Assembly: GCF_009914755.1 (NCBI RefSeq)
Contig: NC_060930.1
Length of the DNA stretch: 64,000 bases
Strand: one strand, 5' to 3'
Origin: the human T2T-CHM13v2.0 reference genome, Homo sapiens
Position 1 is the first letter of the stretch; each line of letters begins with the position of its first letter. The notes under the pieces are model-generated. The model was not told the origin of the DNA, ran no database searches, and was given only the letters and a program-made list of their open reading frames with translations. A program made the translations under genes and the position numbers. Of the stretch, positions 22,860 through 40,815 are shown in pieces.

Positions 22860-24356
22860 TGTGTCCGGAATTGGTGGGTTCTTGGTCTCACTGACTTCAA
22901 GAATGAAGCCGCGGACCCTCACGGTGAGTGTTACAGCTCTTAAGGTGGCGCGTCTGGAGTCTGCCCTTTCTGATATTCAGATGTGTTCGGAGTTTCTTCT
23001 TTCTGGTGGGCTCGTGGTCTCGCTGGCTCAGGAGTGAAGCTGCAGACCTTCGCGGTGAGTGTTACAGCTCTTAAGGTGGCGCGTCTGGAGTCTGTCCCTT
23101 CTGATGTTCAGATGTGTTCGGAGTTTCTTCCTTCTGGTGGGTTCGTGGTCTCGCTGGCTCAGGAGTGAAGCTGCAGACCTTCGCCGCGAGTGTTACAGCT
23201 CTTAAGGTAGCACCTGGAGTTGTTCGTTGCTCCCGGTGGGCTCGTGGTCTTGCTGGGCTCAGGAGTGAAGCTGCAGATCTTCACGGTGAGTGTTACAGCT
23301 CAATAAAAGCAGCGTGGGCCCAAAGAGTGAGCAGTAGCAAGATTTATTGCAAAGAGCGAAAGAACAAAGCTTCCACAGTGTGGAAGGAGACCCGAGCGGG
23401 TTGCCAATGCTAGCTCGGGCAGCCTGCTTTTATTCTCTTATCTGGCCCCACCCACATCCTGCTGATTGGTAGAGCCAAGTGGCCTGTTTTGACAGGGCGC
23501 TGATTGGTGCGTTTACAATCCCTGAGCTAGATACAAATGTTCTCCACGTCCCCATCAGATTAGCTAGATACAGAGTATGGACACACAGGTTCTCCAAGGC
23601 CCCACCAGAGCAGCTAGATACAGAGTGTCGATTGGTGCATTCACAAACCTTGAGCTAAACACAGGGTGCTGATTGGTGTGTTTACAAACCTTGAGCTAGA
23701 CACAGAGTGCTGATTGGTGTGTTTACAAACCTTGAGCTAGATATAAAGACTCTCCACGTCCCCACCAGACTCAGGAGCCCAGCTGGCTTCACCTAGTGGA
23801 TCCCACACTGGGGCTGCAGGTGGAGCTGCCTGCCAGTCTTGTGCCGTGCGCTCGCATTCCTCAGCCCTTGGGTGGTCGATGGGACTGGGCGCCGTGGAGC
23901 AGGGGGTGGTGCTCGTCGGGGAGGCTCGGGCCGCACAGGAGCCCATGGAGTGGGTGGGAGGCTCAGGCATGGCGGGCTGCATGTCCCGAGCCCTGCCCCC
24001 GTGGGAAGGCAGCTAAGGCCCGGCGAGAAATCGAGAACAGCGCTGGTGGGCCGGCACTGCTGGGGGACCAAGTACACCCTCCGCAGCCACTGGCCCGGGT
24101 GCTAAGTCCCTCATTGCCCGGGGCCAGCAGGGCCGGCTGGCTGCTCCGAGTGCGGGGCCCGCCAAGTCCACGCCCACCCGGAACTCCAGCTGGCCCGCAA
24201 GCGCCGCACGCAGCCCCGGTTCCCGCTCGCGCCTCTCCCTCCGCACCCCCCTGCAAGCTGAGGGAGTGGGCTCCGGCCTTGGCCAGCCCAGAAGGGCTCC
24301 CACAGTGCAGTGGGGGGCTGAAGGGCTGAAGGGCTCCTCAAATGCCACCAAAGTGG
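22860..24356 (-). mobile_element. LTR12C (ERV9) solo LTR, 5'-truncated
   Basis: 3' terminus TGTGTCCGGAATTGGTGGGTTCTTGGTCTCACTGACTTC; U5 repeats; U3 CCAAT repeats; CpG-rich 5' U3. Homology stops at about CCAAAGTGGG. Confidence 0.95.
23395..23745 (-). promoter_or_regulatory. LTR12C core promoter/enhancer
   Basis: On the minus strand: five CCAAT boxes (ATTGG at about 23465, 23503, 23631, 23672, 23713), GT/GC box at 23444-23455, AGATAA at 23438-23443 and an AATAAA TATA-like box at 23429-23434. Confidence 0.75.
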
Positions 24357-24531
24357 GGTAGGGTTTGCCTGAACAGAAAGGCTGAGCTTGCATGGCTCAC
24401 TGGACATCCACGTGGAGCAGGGGTGGGACTCACATGGGTGCCAAGGTGTGTCCCTCGTGGGTGGGTGCACGGGAGGGGTGGAGCAGCAGGGAGTGGGCGT
24501 GACTCTCCAGCACAGAGACAAAGAAAAGGAG

Positions 24532-24846
24532 GGCACACGGCTGTAATCCCAGCATTTTGGGAGGCCAAGGCGGGTGAATCACCTGAGGTCAGGAGCTTGA
24601 GACCAGCCTGGCCAACATGGTGAAACCCCGTCTCTACTAAAAATACAAAAATTAGCCAGTCGTGATGGCAGGTGCCTGTAATTCCAGCTACTCAAGAGGC
24701 TGAGGCGGGAGAATCTCTTGAACCGGGGGAGGCAGAGGTTGCAGTGAGCTGAGACTGCACCATTGCACTCCAGCCTGGGCAACAGAGCCAGAATCCATCT
24801 CAAAAAAAAAAAAAAAAAAGAAAAAGAAAAAGAAAAGAAAGAAAGA
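24532..24846 (+). mobile_element. AluS
   Basis: Dimeric Alu with A/(GAAAA)n tail; 12-bp TSD AAAGAAAAGGAG (24520-24531 / 24847-24858). Confidence 0.95.
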
Positions 24847-24964
24847 AAAGAAAAGGAGAGCAGACCAGCAAGGAAGATGGAGAAGGCAGGAAGAAAACAG
24901 AAGCAGAGGTGTATGTTTTTTTACAAAAAGGTGCTTCATGAGCTGTGTCACATCCCACAGAGAA

Positions 24965-25145
24965 GTTGAGTAAGATGGAGACTGAGAATTGACTATTTAA
25001 TTTAGTTTAAAAAATAGAAAAGAAAAAAATTCAGGTTCCTGGCAACCTTGGCAAAGTTTATTTCAATGACATGGAGGAGACCACAGTGCGTTTGAAATGT
25101 TATGACAAGATATGACATGAGGATTTAGAGGCAATGAATAAACAG
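24965..25145 (-). mobile_element. L2 fragment
   Basis: AAGATGGAGACTGAGAATTGACTATT...GCAACCTTGGCAA resembles reverse L2. Confidence 0.55.
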
Positions 25146-27664
25146 ATTTGAATAACAGCATGTGTCCATATTATTGACTATCCAACCATATAAGGTTTGA
25201 AAGAGCGTGGAAGCTGTTCTAGTTTTCTTTACAGTATATTTCAGAAACGCTGGTGTACAGGCAATAATTCTGCTGCATAAAAATAATGAAACATTGGGAT
25301 TTTGTTTTCCCTAGAAAGTCAGCATCAAGTAAATCTTGTGTGATACCACAACATGGCTACAATGGCAAACACATTATAACGTTCTGTAGAACTGGGACTC
25401 CATAGATTCCCCAAATATCATGATTTCACCAGGGCCTTCCTTATATATATCACTAATGCAATATAAAATAAAAATGTTTATATGCCATAGAATAGTAATA
25501 ACCTTAGTTAAATCAGTTTACCAGACAAAGGGTGCATTTACTTAATGATAACTTTCCCAGGCATCAGAGGACTGCAGTGGACCAAATCATAGCAGGTGCC
25601 CGCCTCATCTTTTCATCTCTTGAAAGCCTCTTCATCAATGGCTGGACTTTTTAAGCTACCCAGAAATAGATTTCTTAATAAATTTTCCTGTAACAAGAAG
25701 AGTATATCTTGTGCCATTGACCACAGAATGATAGCCCAGCTGGGATCTTCTTTAAAAACAAACAAAAACTCAGTTAACTATCACAGTTTCTTAAAGTATG
25801 AAGAATTCTTTAACATCTTTTGTTGGGAAGGTTTGCAAAGAAATCTGGTTGTTCATCGTCTCTTGTTTTCGTGTCTTCCAAGAAAATGTATTTCAGGCTT
25901 GAAAAGGAAGGAATCATAAAAGCGCAGACAGTGAAATGGGGCAGTCACAGTCATATTTGTTTTTTCCTCTATCATGAATCTTTTTGATTTAATGGTATGA
26001 TTATTAACCCGAGGGTATTTTGACATTAGCTAAAAAAAATCCAGATTCTTCCCTCTGCTCTTCCCTCTCCTACTGCTTCTTTGAGACACCTACCTGGATG
26101 TGTGTGGTGTGTTTATAACTCAGGTAGTCTCGCGAGCAGTAAGACCGGGGACTTTAGTTTCCCAGGCATACTGGGTAGAAGAGGAGAAAGCCTGCAAGGC
26201 CAGAGGCGGGAATGTCAGCTAGATGTGGGCTGAGCATGCCAGGCATTAGAAGGGAAGGAAATGCAAGAAGAGCCTCAGGTGCAGTGTCCAGGGGGAAATG
26301 GCAGAAGCCTGTTAATCAGGGTTTGGGGTCAAAGAAGGTCATGAACATGGGGCAAGGACAAAGTCCATTCACCAGAGGGTGTAGCCACTAACTGTGGAAT
26401 GTAAGGAGCAGAACTAACTCCTGGGCCTCAGGCTGGACAGGCAGACAGCAAGTCAGCTTCTCACAACTTGGGCTGAGGCATAATGATGGGTTCCCGACCC
26501 CAAAGGGACTAAGCCACCATAGTGCCAGATGGAAATAAATCATAAGAAAATCCTACACAATGTAACACAAATTAATAATAAATCTACAGAAAGATTAAGT
26601 TATGACAGAACAGCTGCTGAGGTGCTTTTTATTTTGGATAATACAGGCTCAGAAATTACTAGGGCTGAGACATAAGATGACAAATTTCTTAAATTTCATT
26701 TATGTGTTGGAAAAGACTGATATAATTATAGAAGATAATTAAATTACATGATACAGGTCATGGAAAACCTTATATCTACAAGTTTGCTCATAAAATGTGA
26801 AAGGTACTCACATTTCAGGGGTCAAACCACTGGCAATGTTTTCTGCTATTTGTATGTGGCCCGTTGCATACAATGGACATTTTGGCTTTAATAACATGTC
26901 ATTCTTCCTGTAATGTTTTAACATGGCAGGAGTATCCAAATTTCTAAAAATAAAGCTATGAATCACAGCACAGTGATTTTTTCTTACAAAATTCTCCCTA
27001 AATTGTTCTGAAAAATCTTGAACATTTTTTTCCTTCTCTAATAGGTCATGTATTTATTTGCCTGGTGTTTTTCCATCCCATTTTCTACTTTCCATCAATT
27101 GCAGGTATTATCTCATTCAAGTAGAAATGCCCTTTCAATTGTAGATATTTTCTCCAGTTAATATTTTAATTGAGCTAAAATTTACTTTCAGTGAAGTACA
27201 GAAATTGTAAAGATTTTTATAAACAAATATACCTGTGTAATCACTACCCTAATAAAGATACAGACTCAGTCAATCACCCCAAAAACTACTCATGCCTAAA
27301 TTCAAGTCTCCATCCTCCAAAGTCAACCACTATTCTGGCTGGCTTCTATCGTCATAGATTAGTTTTTCCTGCTCTTGAGCTTCATATACATGAAAGCATC
27401 CAGTATGAACTCCTTCAGGCCTGTGTTCTTCCATTCAATATATTGTTTTAGAGGTTCATACAGGTTGTTACATGAATCTTTCATTCTTTTTATTGCTGAA
27501 TTGTGTTCCATTGTATAAGTATACTACAATTTGTTTATTCATACTACTGGTATTTCTGTTGTTTCTAGTCTTTGACTACTTTGAATAACATTTTGTATAA
27601 TTTATTTTATGGATGGGTATTTTCATTTCACTTGAGTAAAAACAAGAGCAAAATTTCTGCTGGT

Positions 27665-28026
27665 TTATATGGTTTGGCTGTGTCTCCACCCAAATCGCAT
27701 CTTGAATTGTAGCTCCCATAATTCTCATGTGTTGCAGGAGGGACCCCGTGGGAGATAATTGAATCATGGGGGCAGTTTCCCCCATACTGTTCTCATAGTA
27801 GTGAATAAGTCTCGCGAGATCTGATGATATTACAAGCAGTTTCCCCTTTTTCTTGGTTTTCATTCTCTCTTGCCTGCTACCATGTAAGACATGCCTTTTG
27901 CCTTCCACCATGTTTGTGAGGCCTCCTTAGCTACATGGAACTGTGAGTCCATTAAACCTCTTTTTCTTTATAAATTACCCAGTCTCAGGTATGTCTTTAT
28001 CAGCAGCATGAAAATAGACTAATACA
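27665..28026 (+). mobile_element. THE1 (THE1B/C-like) solo LTR
   Basis: ATATGGTTTGGCTGTGTC at the start and GACTAATACA at the end; 5-bp TSD CTGGT (27660-27664 / 28027-28031). Confidence 0.95.
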
Positions 28027-29161
28027 CTGGTTTTCCAAAGTAATTCAATTATATTAAACTTCCGCCAGCAGTGGATCAGAATTCCAGTGTTCCACAACCT
28101 TTCCAACACTTGGTATTTCCAATCTCTTTAAAATTCTGGCCATTCTGAGGTTAGTATCTCATTGTGGTTTTCGCTGACATTTCTTTGATGATTAATGATG
28201 CTGAACACTTTTTGTTTATTGGCGTCTTATATATCTTTATGATGTGTGCAAGAATTTTGCCCATTTTCAGTGGGTTTTTAAATTATTTGTTTCTGGAAGC
28301 TCATTACATGTTCTGAATATGAAACCTTTGTCAGATGTGTGTTTTGCAAATATTTTCTCCCAGTCTGTGGCTTGCCTTTTCATTTTCATAATCATGTCAT
28401 TTAATGCACAGAAGTTTTTCATTTTGATGAAGTCCAGTCTCTAAGTTTTTCCTTTCACATGTAGTGTATTTCTGTAACCAGTCCAAGGTATCTTTGCCAG
28501 TCCTAAGGGTGAAAAGGCATTTCTCTGTTTTCTTCCGGAAACTTTATAGTTTTAGCTTACATGATTCATCTCTAATTCATTTTTGTAGGGTTGCAAGGTA
28601 GGAGTTGAGGTTTTTTTTTTCATATATTTATCCAGATGTGAAAACACAATTTTCACAGTTTGAAAAGACATTCCTTTCTACGTTTAACTATTTTAGTGGT
28701 CACTGTCTCAAATATAGTGGTTCTATGGTAAGTCATCAAATCATACAGTATAACTCTTCAAGCTTTGTTCTTCTTTTTGAAGTTTGCTTTGTGTATTTTT
28801 TGTTGTTTGACTTTTTATATAAATTTGAACATCAACTTTGATTTCTATAACAAGCCTATAATGATTTGGCTGTGATTGTGTTGAATCTATATATCAATTT
28901 GTGAACGATTGAAATTTTACCAATATTGACTCTTTAAAAAAATCCGTGAACACAGTATGTCTGTCCATTTATGTAATTCTTCTTAAATTTCCTGAGCAAT
29001 ATTTAAGAATTATCAATGTAAATTATTTGCATGTAGTTTATTAAATTTATATCTAAGCATTTTATATTTTCTGTAATATTATAGATGGATTTAATTTTAT
29101 CTCGTATTTTGATAGTTTCACTATTATGTAGTGTTTTTGAAAATATTACTTGCATAGTCTT

Positions 29162-31915
<2,754 letters not shown>

Positions 31916-32211
31916 TAACATATACAAATATATGTCTATGTTGCCAATCCAAGACATTATTTTATTCTAGCCGCTGACCTGTAGATTTCTTAGTATTTTC
32001 TACATAAGCCATCTTGTCTTCTTCAAATGGTCACATTTTTTCTTGTGTCTTTCTAATCTTTATGTTTTTGTTTTGTTCCTTGTCTTATTTTAATAGGAAG
32101 TGTTCTTAGAACAATTTTGAGTAAAACTGAGGAAAGAGCATCCTAATCTTATTTTTATTACCAGGAAAGCACTCAATATTTTATTGTTACATGGTGGCAT
32201 AAGCAATTGTT

Positions 32212-32956
32212 TTGGTAAAACTTTCAAATCACATTTTTTCTCTGCTCTCACACCACAGCAATCACCACAGAAGACTTCTTTGACCAAATGTATGGGGGTT
32301 TTCCCCACCAACAAGCAGTGGGCATCAGCTGGGTGTCCTCCAATTAAATTCTGACATTATCTACCTGGAGATGGCATCAAATCCCACAGGTTGAAGGCTC
32401 AGATTCCAAGACTGCCCATTCATTCAACAGATACCAGTTGTAAGTCTGTGCCTCCAGAAGTTTTGACCCACTGGCTTCAAGTTGGGATTCCCATGACCCC
32501 GCCCCCTTTACTTTTGATTAATGTGCTCACAAACGCAAGGAAACACGTACTTATGTTTGCTAGTTTATTATAAAGGATATTACAAAGGATACAGGTGTCA
32601 GGGAAGGGGCTCGGAGCTTCCATGCCTTCCCTGGGTGCACCACCCTCCAGAAAACTCCATGTGCTCAGCTACCCAGAAGCTCTCTGAACCCAGTCCTCTG
32701 GGGGTTTTGGAAGCTTCATAACATCAGCGTTCCTTGTCCCTGGTAGAGGGCAGGATACTCTCTGGGGAGGGTCTTACACCCACAATCAGAAAAGTGAGGG
32801 AAGATCAGAGTCCTGCCTTGGGGCAGGTGAAAGGAGGGCAGGAGAAGGTCAGAGAGATTCTGTTTCATAACTCCAAGGCCTATTGGAGTTATAAACCAAG
32901 AATCATGGATGAAAACCAATATATCTCTATCTAGATATGTTTATAATAACACCACA
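32212..32956 (-). mobile_element. ERV LTR, MER21-like
   Basis: CAGCTGGGTGTCCTCCAATT...CTACCTGGAGAT...ATCCCACAGGTTGA; ends GAAAACCAATATAT...ACACCACA. Confidence 0.8.
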
Positions 32957-33142
32957 GTAGTGTATCCATTAAAAAGAATACCTAATTGTAGCTGCAGGTT
33001 TTCTGTTGATTCTACATATCAGAATGAGGTTGTTCTCTTATATTGCAAGTTTTTATTTGATGATAATTTTCAAAATTATATATGAATATTGAAATTTGTT
33101 AAGTGCTTTTTTGACACAAGAGCATACAGTTTCTGCTGCCTT

Positions 33143-33230
33143 AATCAGTCACTATGGTACATGGCCCCGATAAATAATAAATGCTAAATCAGTCACTATG
33201 GTACATGGCCCCGATAAATAATAAATGCTA
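33143..33230. repeat. perfect 44-bp tandem duplication
   Basis: AATCAGTCACTATGGTACATGGCCCCGATAAATAATAAATGCTA at 33143 and at 33187. Confidence 0.97.
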
Positions 33231-33362
33231 AATAAACTTTCTATGCGTGGGATAAACTCTTCTTGGTCACGATGTATTTTTCACTTCAGATATTACTTGA
33301 CTTAACTATTTGATAGTTTTTTTAAATTTATATTTATGTCCCTGAGTATAATTTGTCTATAG

Positions 33363-33449
33363 TTTCTTCCTTCCTTCCTTTCTTTCTTTTTCTTTCTTTC
33401 TCTCTTTCTCTATTTTTTTTTCTTTTTTCTTTCTTTCTTTTCTTTCTCT
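33363..33449. repeat. CT-rich simple repeat
   Basis: (TTCC)n/(TTTC)n tract. Confidence 0.9.
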
Positions 33450-33559
33450 AATTTTAATATCAGAGTAATGGGAACCTAATAAAACATAGTGGGACACGTT
33501 CTCTCCCACACAAGTTCCTAAACTAGCTTTTTAATATTGGCATTACTAGACCGATTATA

Positions 33560-35276
<1,717 letters not shown>

Positions 35277-35910
35277 TGTGAAAGGAAATTAAATCTTGGG
35301 ACCCCAAACTCATTTAGCCAAAGGGAAAAGTCAAGCTGGAAACTGGGTCCTGCACACCTGCCTCTCACTTTGGGTTCCTAAATAAGATGGCTACATGATG
35401 AAAAGCGCCACACCTTCCCATATTTTGCCCACAAGGAAATTCCTAGTGAGCTGCAAGATCTTTTAAGGTGTTATTCTTAAAATTTCACAATGGCAATGTA
35501 AATTGATAGCTTATCTTTACAGGAGCAGTCACCACTTCTCCTCCCTCCACCCAGCAGACACAAATGAATACCTGATGGTTCCCCTGCCCCATTTGTCTAT
35601 GTCGTCTTATGTAAAATGCATTTTCCTGCATGTTTCCTCTGCCCCATTTGTCTATGTAATCGTATGTTAAAAAAAAAAAAAAAAGAATGCAGATTCACTG
35701 AGCCAGACAAAGGCATGAATGACTGTTCTTCCCCACCCGCGTCTTAGGTGAAAATTGTGTACTTCTCATATCGCACCCTTTCCCTTGTACATTTGGAGCC
35801 CTATGTTCAGAGAAAGGCTAAGACCTCTCTCCCAGGCACACATCCTTAACTTTCGCAAATAAACTTCCCAAAGGGATTGAGACTTGCCTCATCACTTTTC
35901 TCGATTGACA
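35277..35910 (+). mobile_element. MER4-group ERV1 solo LTR (MER4A-like)
   Basis: TGTGAAAGGAAATTAAATCTTGGGACCCCAAACTC at the start; AATAAA and ...TTGACA at the end; 4-bp TSD GTGG. Confidence 0.85.
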
Positions 35911-36978
35911 GTGGAGTGAAGACCTCTGAAAAGTCACCTCTCAATAAAAGCAGTTCTTAGGAACTGGCATGATGCGTCAAAATAAACTTTTTCAGGACTG
36001 TGAAAATTAACCAAAGGCTTACAGGAATCCAGGAAGTATTTATTCAAAAAAATGGATGAGTCTCAGTAAGACCAATGAGCTTTATGAGATTTTAAATTGC
36101 CTTAGTCTAATGCCTCATCCCCAGGCACAGCTGTAGTTTTGAGAGATAAAATTCTCAGTACTACAGGGAGCAGATAAAGCTGGAGCTCTTTTGTACAGGC
36201 TCATTCCTAAAGAATTGATGTTATTTGAGCTATTTAGTCATTCCCTGAAAGGCTGACTTAAAAGGCTTCCCTTTATTTTTCTTGACTTGAAGTCCAGCTA
36301 GTGCTTCTCCCTTGGGGGCATTATTCAAACCCTACAGACAAGTGTTTTCACATTGAAGCTGCCTGAGGCAATGGATAACAGTTGGGATATACAATAGGCT
36401 AACTAAAAAGCTTAAAAAGAAAAGATGAAGAAAAAGAAGGTAGGAGCTTTGAAAATACTTAAGGTATTCCTGAGAATGCAGGAGGCTGAGCGCCTTTCAA
36501 AAGCTGTGTGCATGCTCGGAAAGGCCTGAGATGGCCCTGTGCTCTCAACTCTGGCTGACCATGGCATTTGCGCAAGTGGGAAGTGAAGGCTGAGGAAGAG
36601 TTGTGAAGGACCTGGGTAAGGACTGAACCCATGCCCCAACACACACAGAGATCCATCCCCTCAGAAAAGCCTGTAGACTGGTTCCAAGAACATAAGGAAT
36701 TTTCTCCAATCTTTAGGTGACCATGAGGTAGTCAAGTAGAGGTTTTAACTGCCACACAAAATAATGAATACAGATTTTACAGAATTAGTTAAGAAAAGTT
36801 GCTAAACAAATACACAACTATTACAGGCAGCAACAACAAATCCTGACAAAACAAGAGAGAGAATCTGATTTCCACACTACTTTATGTTTACACAATATTA
36901 TTTAAAATATTCAATTTTCTACCAATAAAGAGACCTGCCAAAAAAAAAAAGAAGAATGTATGGCCTGCAGAAAAAAGG

Positions 36979-37343
36979 TGTGTTAGTCCATTCTCACACT
37001 GCTATGAAGAACTACCTGGGACATGGTAATTTATAAAGTAGAGAGGTTTAATTGGCTCACAGTTCCACAGGCTGTACAGGAAGCATGGCTGGGAGGCCTC
37101 GGGAAACTTACTATCATGGCGGAAGGTGAAGAGGAAGCCAGCACGTCCTATGTGCCTGGAGCAGGAGGAAGAAAAGAGAAGGGGGAGATGCCACACACTT
37201 TTAAACAACCAAATCTCTGAGTACTCACTCACTATTACAAGAGCAGCACTGAGGAAAAGACCCACCCCCAGGATCCAGTCACCTCCCATTAGGCCCCAAT
37301 TCGACATGAGATTTGGGCAGCGACACAAATGCAAACCATATCA
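36979..37343 (-). mobile_element. MSTA-like solo LTR
   Basis: TGTGTTAGTCCATTCTCACACTGCTAT at one end and AAACCATATCA at the other; 5-bp TSD AAAGG. Confidence 0.93.
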
Positions 37344-37726
37344 AAAGGCAATTGATAGGAACTGTTCCTGGGGAAGCTAAGGCCATAGCCTTATGAGACA
37401 GAGCTTTAAATCAGCTATTTAAAATGTATTCCGAGAGATTAAGAAAATAATTTCTAAAAAAGTGTGAAAACAAAATATCATAAAATACAGAAGGTCAATA
37501 AAGTGATAGAGATTTCAGAAAAATACAAATGAAAATTCTGGAATTGAAAAATACAATAATTAAAACAAATATTTCACCAGGGTGACTCAATAGCAGATTT
37601 GAATAGGAAAAAAAATCTTCAATTTTGAAGATATGTTAATTGAGATTATCCAGCCTGAAGATCAGATCTAAAAAAGAATGAAGAAAAATAAGTAGCATCT
37701 CAGAGACTTCTGGGACCCCATGAAAT

Positions 37727-38452
37727 TGATATGGTTTGGATCTGTGTCACCACCCAAATCTCATGTTCAATTGTAATCTGCAGTGTTGGAGATGGGGCCT
37801 GGTGGGAGGTGATTGAATCCTGGGGATGGTTTCTAATGGTTTAACACCATCCCTCTAGTGCTGTCCTTGTGATAGAGTTCTCATGAGATCTGGTTGTTCA
37901 AAAGCATGTAGCACCTTCACCTTCTTGCTCTTCCTCCTGCTCCAGCATGTAAGACATGCTTGCTTCTCCTTGCTTTCCCCCATGATTGAAAGTGTCCTGA
38001 GATCTCCCCAAAAACCATCATGCTTCCTGCAGAGCCTGTGACACTGTGAGCCAATCAAACCTCAAAAATAAATTACTCAGTCCAGGCCAGGCGTGGTGGC
38101 TCATGCCTGTAATCCCAGCATTTTGGGAGGCCGAGGCAGGAGGATCACAAGGTCAGGAGTTTGAGACCAGCCTGGCCAATATGGTGAAACCCACTCTCTA
38201 CTAAAAATACAAAAAACAAAAAAATTAGCCAGGTGTGGTGGCGGGCACCTGTAGTCCCAGCTACTCAGGAGGCTGAGGCAGGAGAATTTCTTGAACCTGG
38301 GAGGCAACGAGATCAGCCCACTGCACTCCAGCCTGGGAGACAGAGCAAGACTCTGTGTCAAAAAAATAAAAAATAAATAAATAAATAAATAAATAACTTA
38401 ATTACCCAGTCTCAGCTGTTTCTTTACAGCAATGCAAGAATGGACTAAAACA
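37727..38452 (+). mobile_element. MSTA/B-like solo LTR interrupted by an Alu
   Basis: TGATATGGTTTGGATCTGTGTC at the start and GGACTAAAACA at the end. Confidence 0.9.
38085..38398 (+). mobile_element. AluS (Sg-like)
   Basis: GATCACAAGGTCAGG variant; (AAAT)n tail; approximate TSD AATTAC(T/C)CAGTC. Confidence 0.93.
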
Positions 38453-38570
38453 CAAACATATCAACATATGCATAATGAGAGTTCCAGAAGGAGAAGAGAG
38501 AAAGAAGAAAAAAATTGAAGTTTAAATCGCCAAAAACCACTCAAATTTGATGAAAAACACTAATCTACAC

Positions 38571-39294
38571 TGAGGAAAAATAAAATAAAATCCTTAGCTC
38601 CCCATCCAAGTGAACAGACTCTCTTTTGGCCAAGGGGGGCCTAGAGAAATCTTGATAACTGAATTCCCAGCCATGATGGGATGGGAGATTGGACATACCT
38701 CGTTATCCTGCCTCCCTTGCTAACTGCCATTAGGTGTTCCTCCCTAAGGGTTAAACAGAAATGAACCCTTTGGAAAGACTCACTCTACCCTGATATCAAG
38801 CAGTCACTCGACGCTGCCTCTCCCTTTTGCAGTGTCTGCAAGACAACTGACCAGTATTCCTTTCTAAGAGACCACCAACCATAGAGTGGTTCCAGCCAGT
38901 CTACAGGGGATGGATACACAAGGAGGGTTTTTATGTTCTCTGCTTCCCTTTTTGACATCAGAGGACCAAAAACTTCACCCTTGGAGCCTGCTAACACCCC
39001 TATTTAATGTGGGCACCCTGGAGAGGCATAAAACTCAATTTGAGCATGTGCGTGTTTCTCCTTTTGTAAATATTTTGCCTCTTCCTATAGCTTGTTAAAT
39101 ATGTCTATTTAGCCACCTTGTTCAGGATAAATCCCTGTTTGATTCACCCCACCCTTGAAGTGTCTGTTTCCAGCTTCTCTCCAAAGGCCACTTTTTGCAG
39201 CCTCTCAAAAAGGTCAACCTTCAGGCTGCAACGCTTTATGAAAAATAAAAGCCTCCTCTCCAAATTTATGAACTTCATCATTCTTCAGTTGACA
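38571..39294 (+). mobile_element. MER4-group ERV1 solo LTR (MER72/MER49-like)
   Basis: TGAG...AAATAAAATCCT at the start; AATAAA and CAGTTGACA at the end; 4-bp TSD ACAC. Confidence 0.8.
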
Positions 39295-39634
39295 ACACAT
39301 TCATGAAACTAAACAAACTCCATCAAAAAGAAGAAAGGGCCCAAATCAATAATCTAACATTCTAGCTTGAGGAATTAGAAAATACAGTCAACTAAAATCA
39401 AGCACTGCTAAGGGAATAATAAAGAATAGAGCAGACACAAACTACAAAAACTGACTCTAGAAGAAATAGATAATCTGAATAGATGTATAATAAGTAAAAG
39501 GACTGCTTTAGTGATCAAAAAATCTTCCCTCAAAGAAAAGTTCAGAACCAAATGACTCTAGTGATAACATCTAACAAATATTTTAGAATAATTAACATCA
39601 ATTCTTATAGCTCTTTCAAAAAAATAGAAGAGGT

Positions 39635-40770
<1,136 letters not shown>

Positions 40771-40815
40771 GGCCGGGAGTGATGGCTCATGCCTATAATC
40801 CCCACACTTTTGAAG
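40771..40815 (+). mobile_element. Alu 5' stub (~45 bp)
   Basis: GGCCGGGAGTGATGGCTCATGCCTATAATCCC...CACTTT, followed by non-Alu sequence. Confidence 0.75.

Larger units (their letters stand above)
35915..39632 (+). mobile_element. second old L1M (5'UTR, ORF1, part of ORF2), split by LTR and Alu insertions
   Basis: L1M 5' motif GAAAATTAACCAAAGGCTT; ORF1 blocks at 37344-37726 and 38453-38570; ORF2 blocks at 39320-39632. Confidence 0.7.

Noticed and set aside
23737-24536. Overlapping 80-177 aa ORFs
   Set aside because: These lie in GC-rich LTR12C sequence where stop codons are scarce in all frames.
26100-26530. Possible ancient LTR-like segment
   Set aside because: I could not assign a family, termini or TSD from the sequence alone.
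27810-27819. Perfect TCTCGCGAGA (BANP-type) palindrome
   Set aside because: It is a one-base variant of ordinary THE1 sequence outside any CpG island, and is probably methylated.
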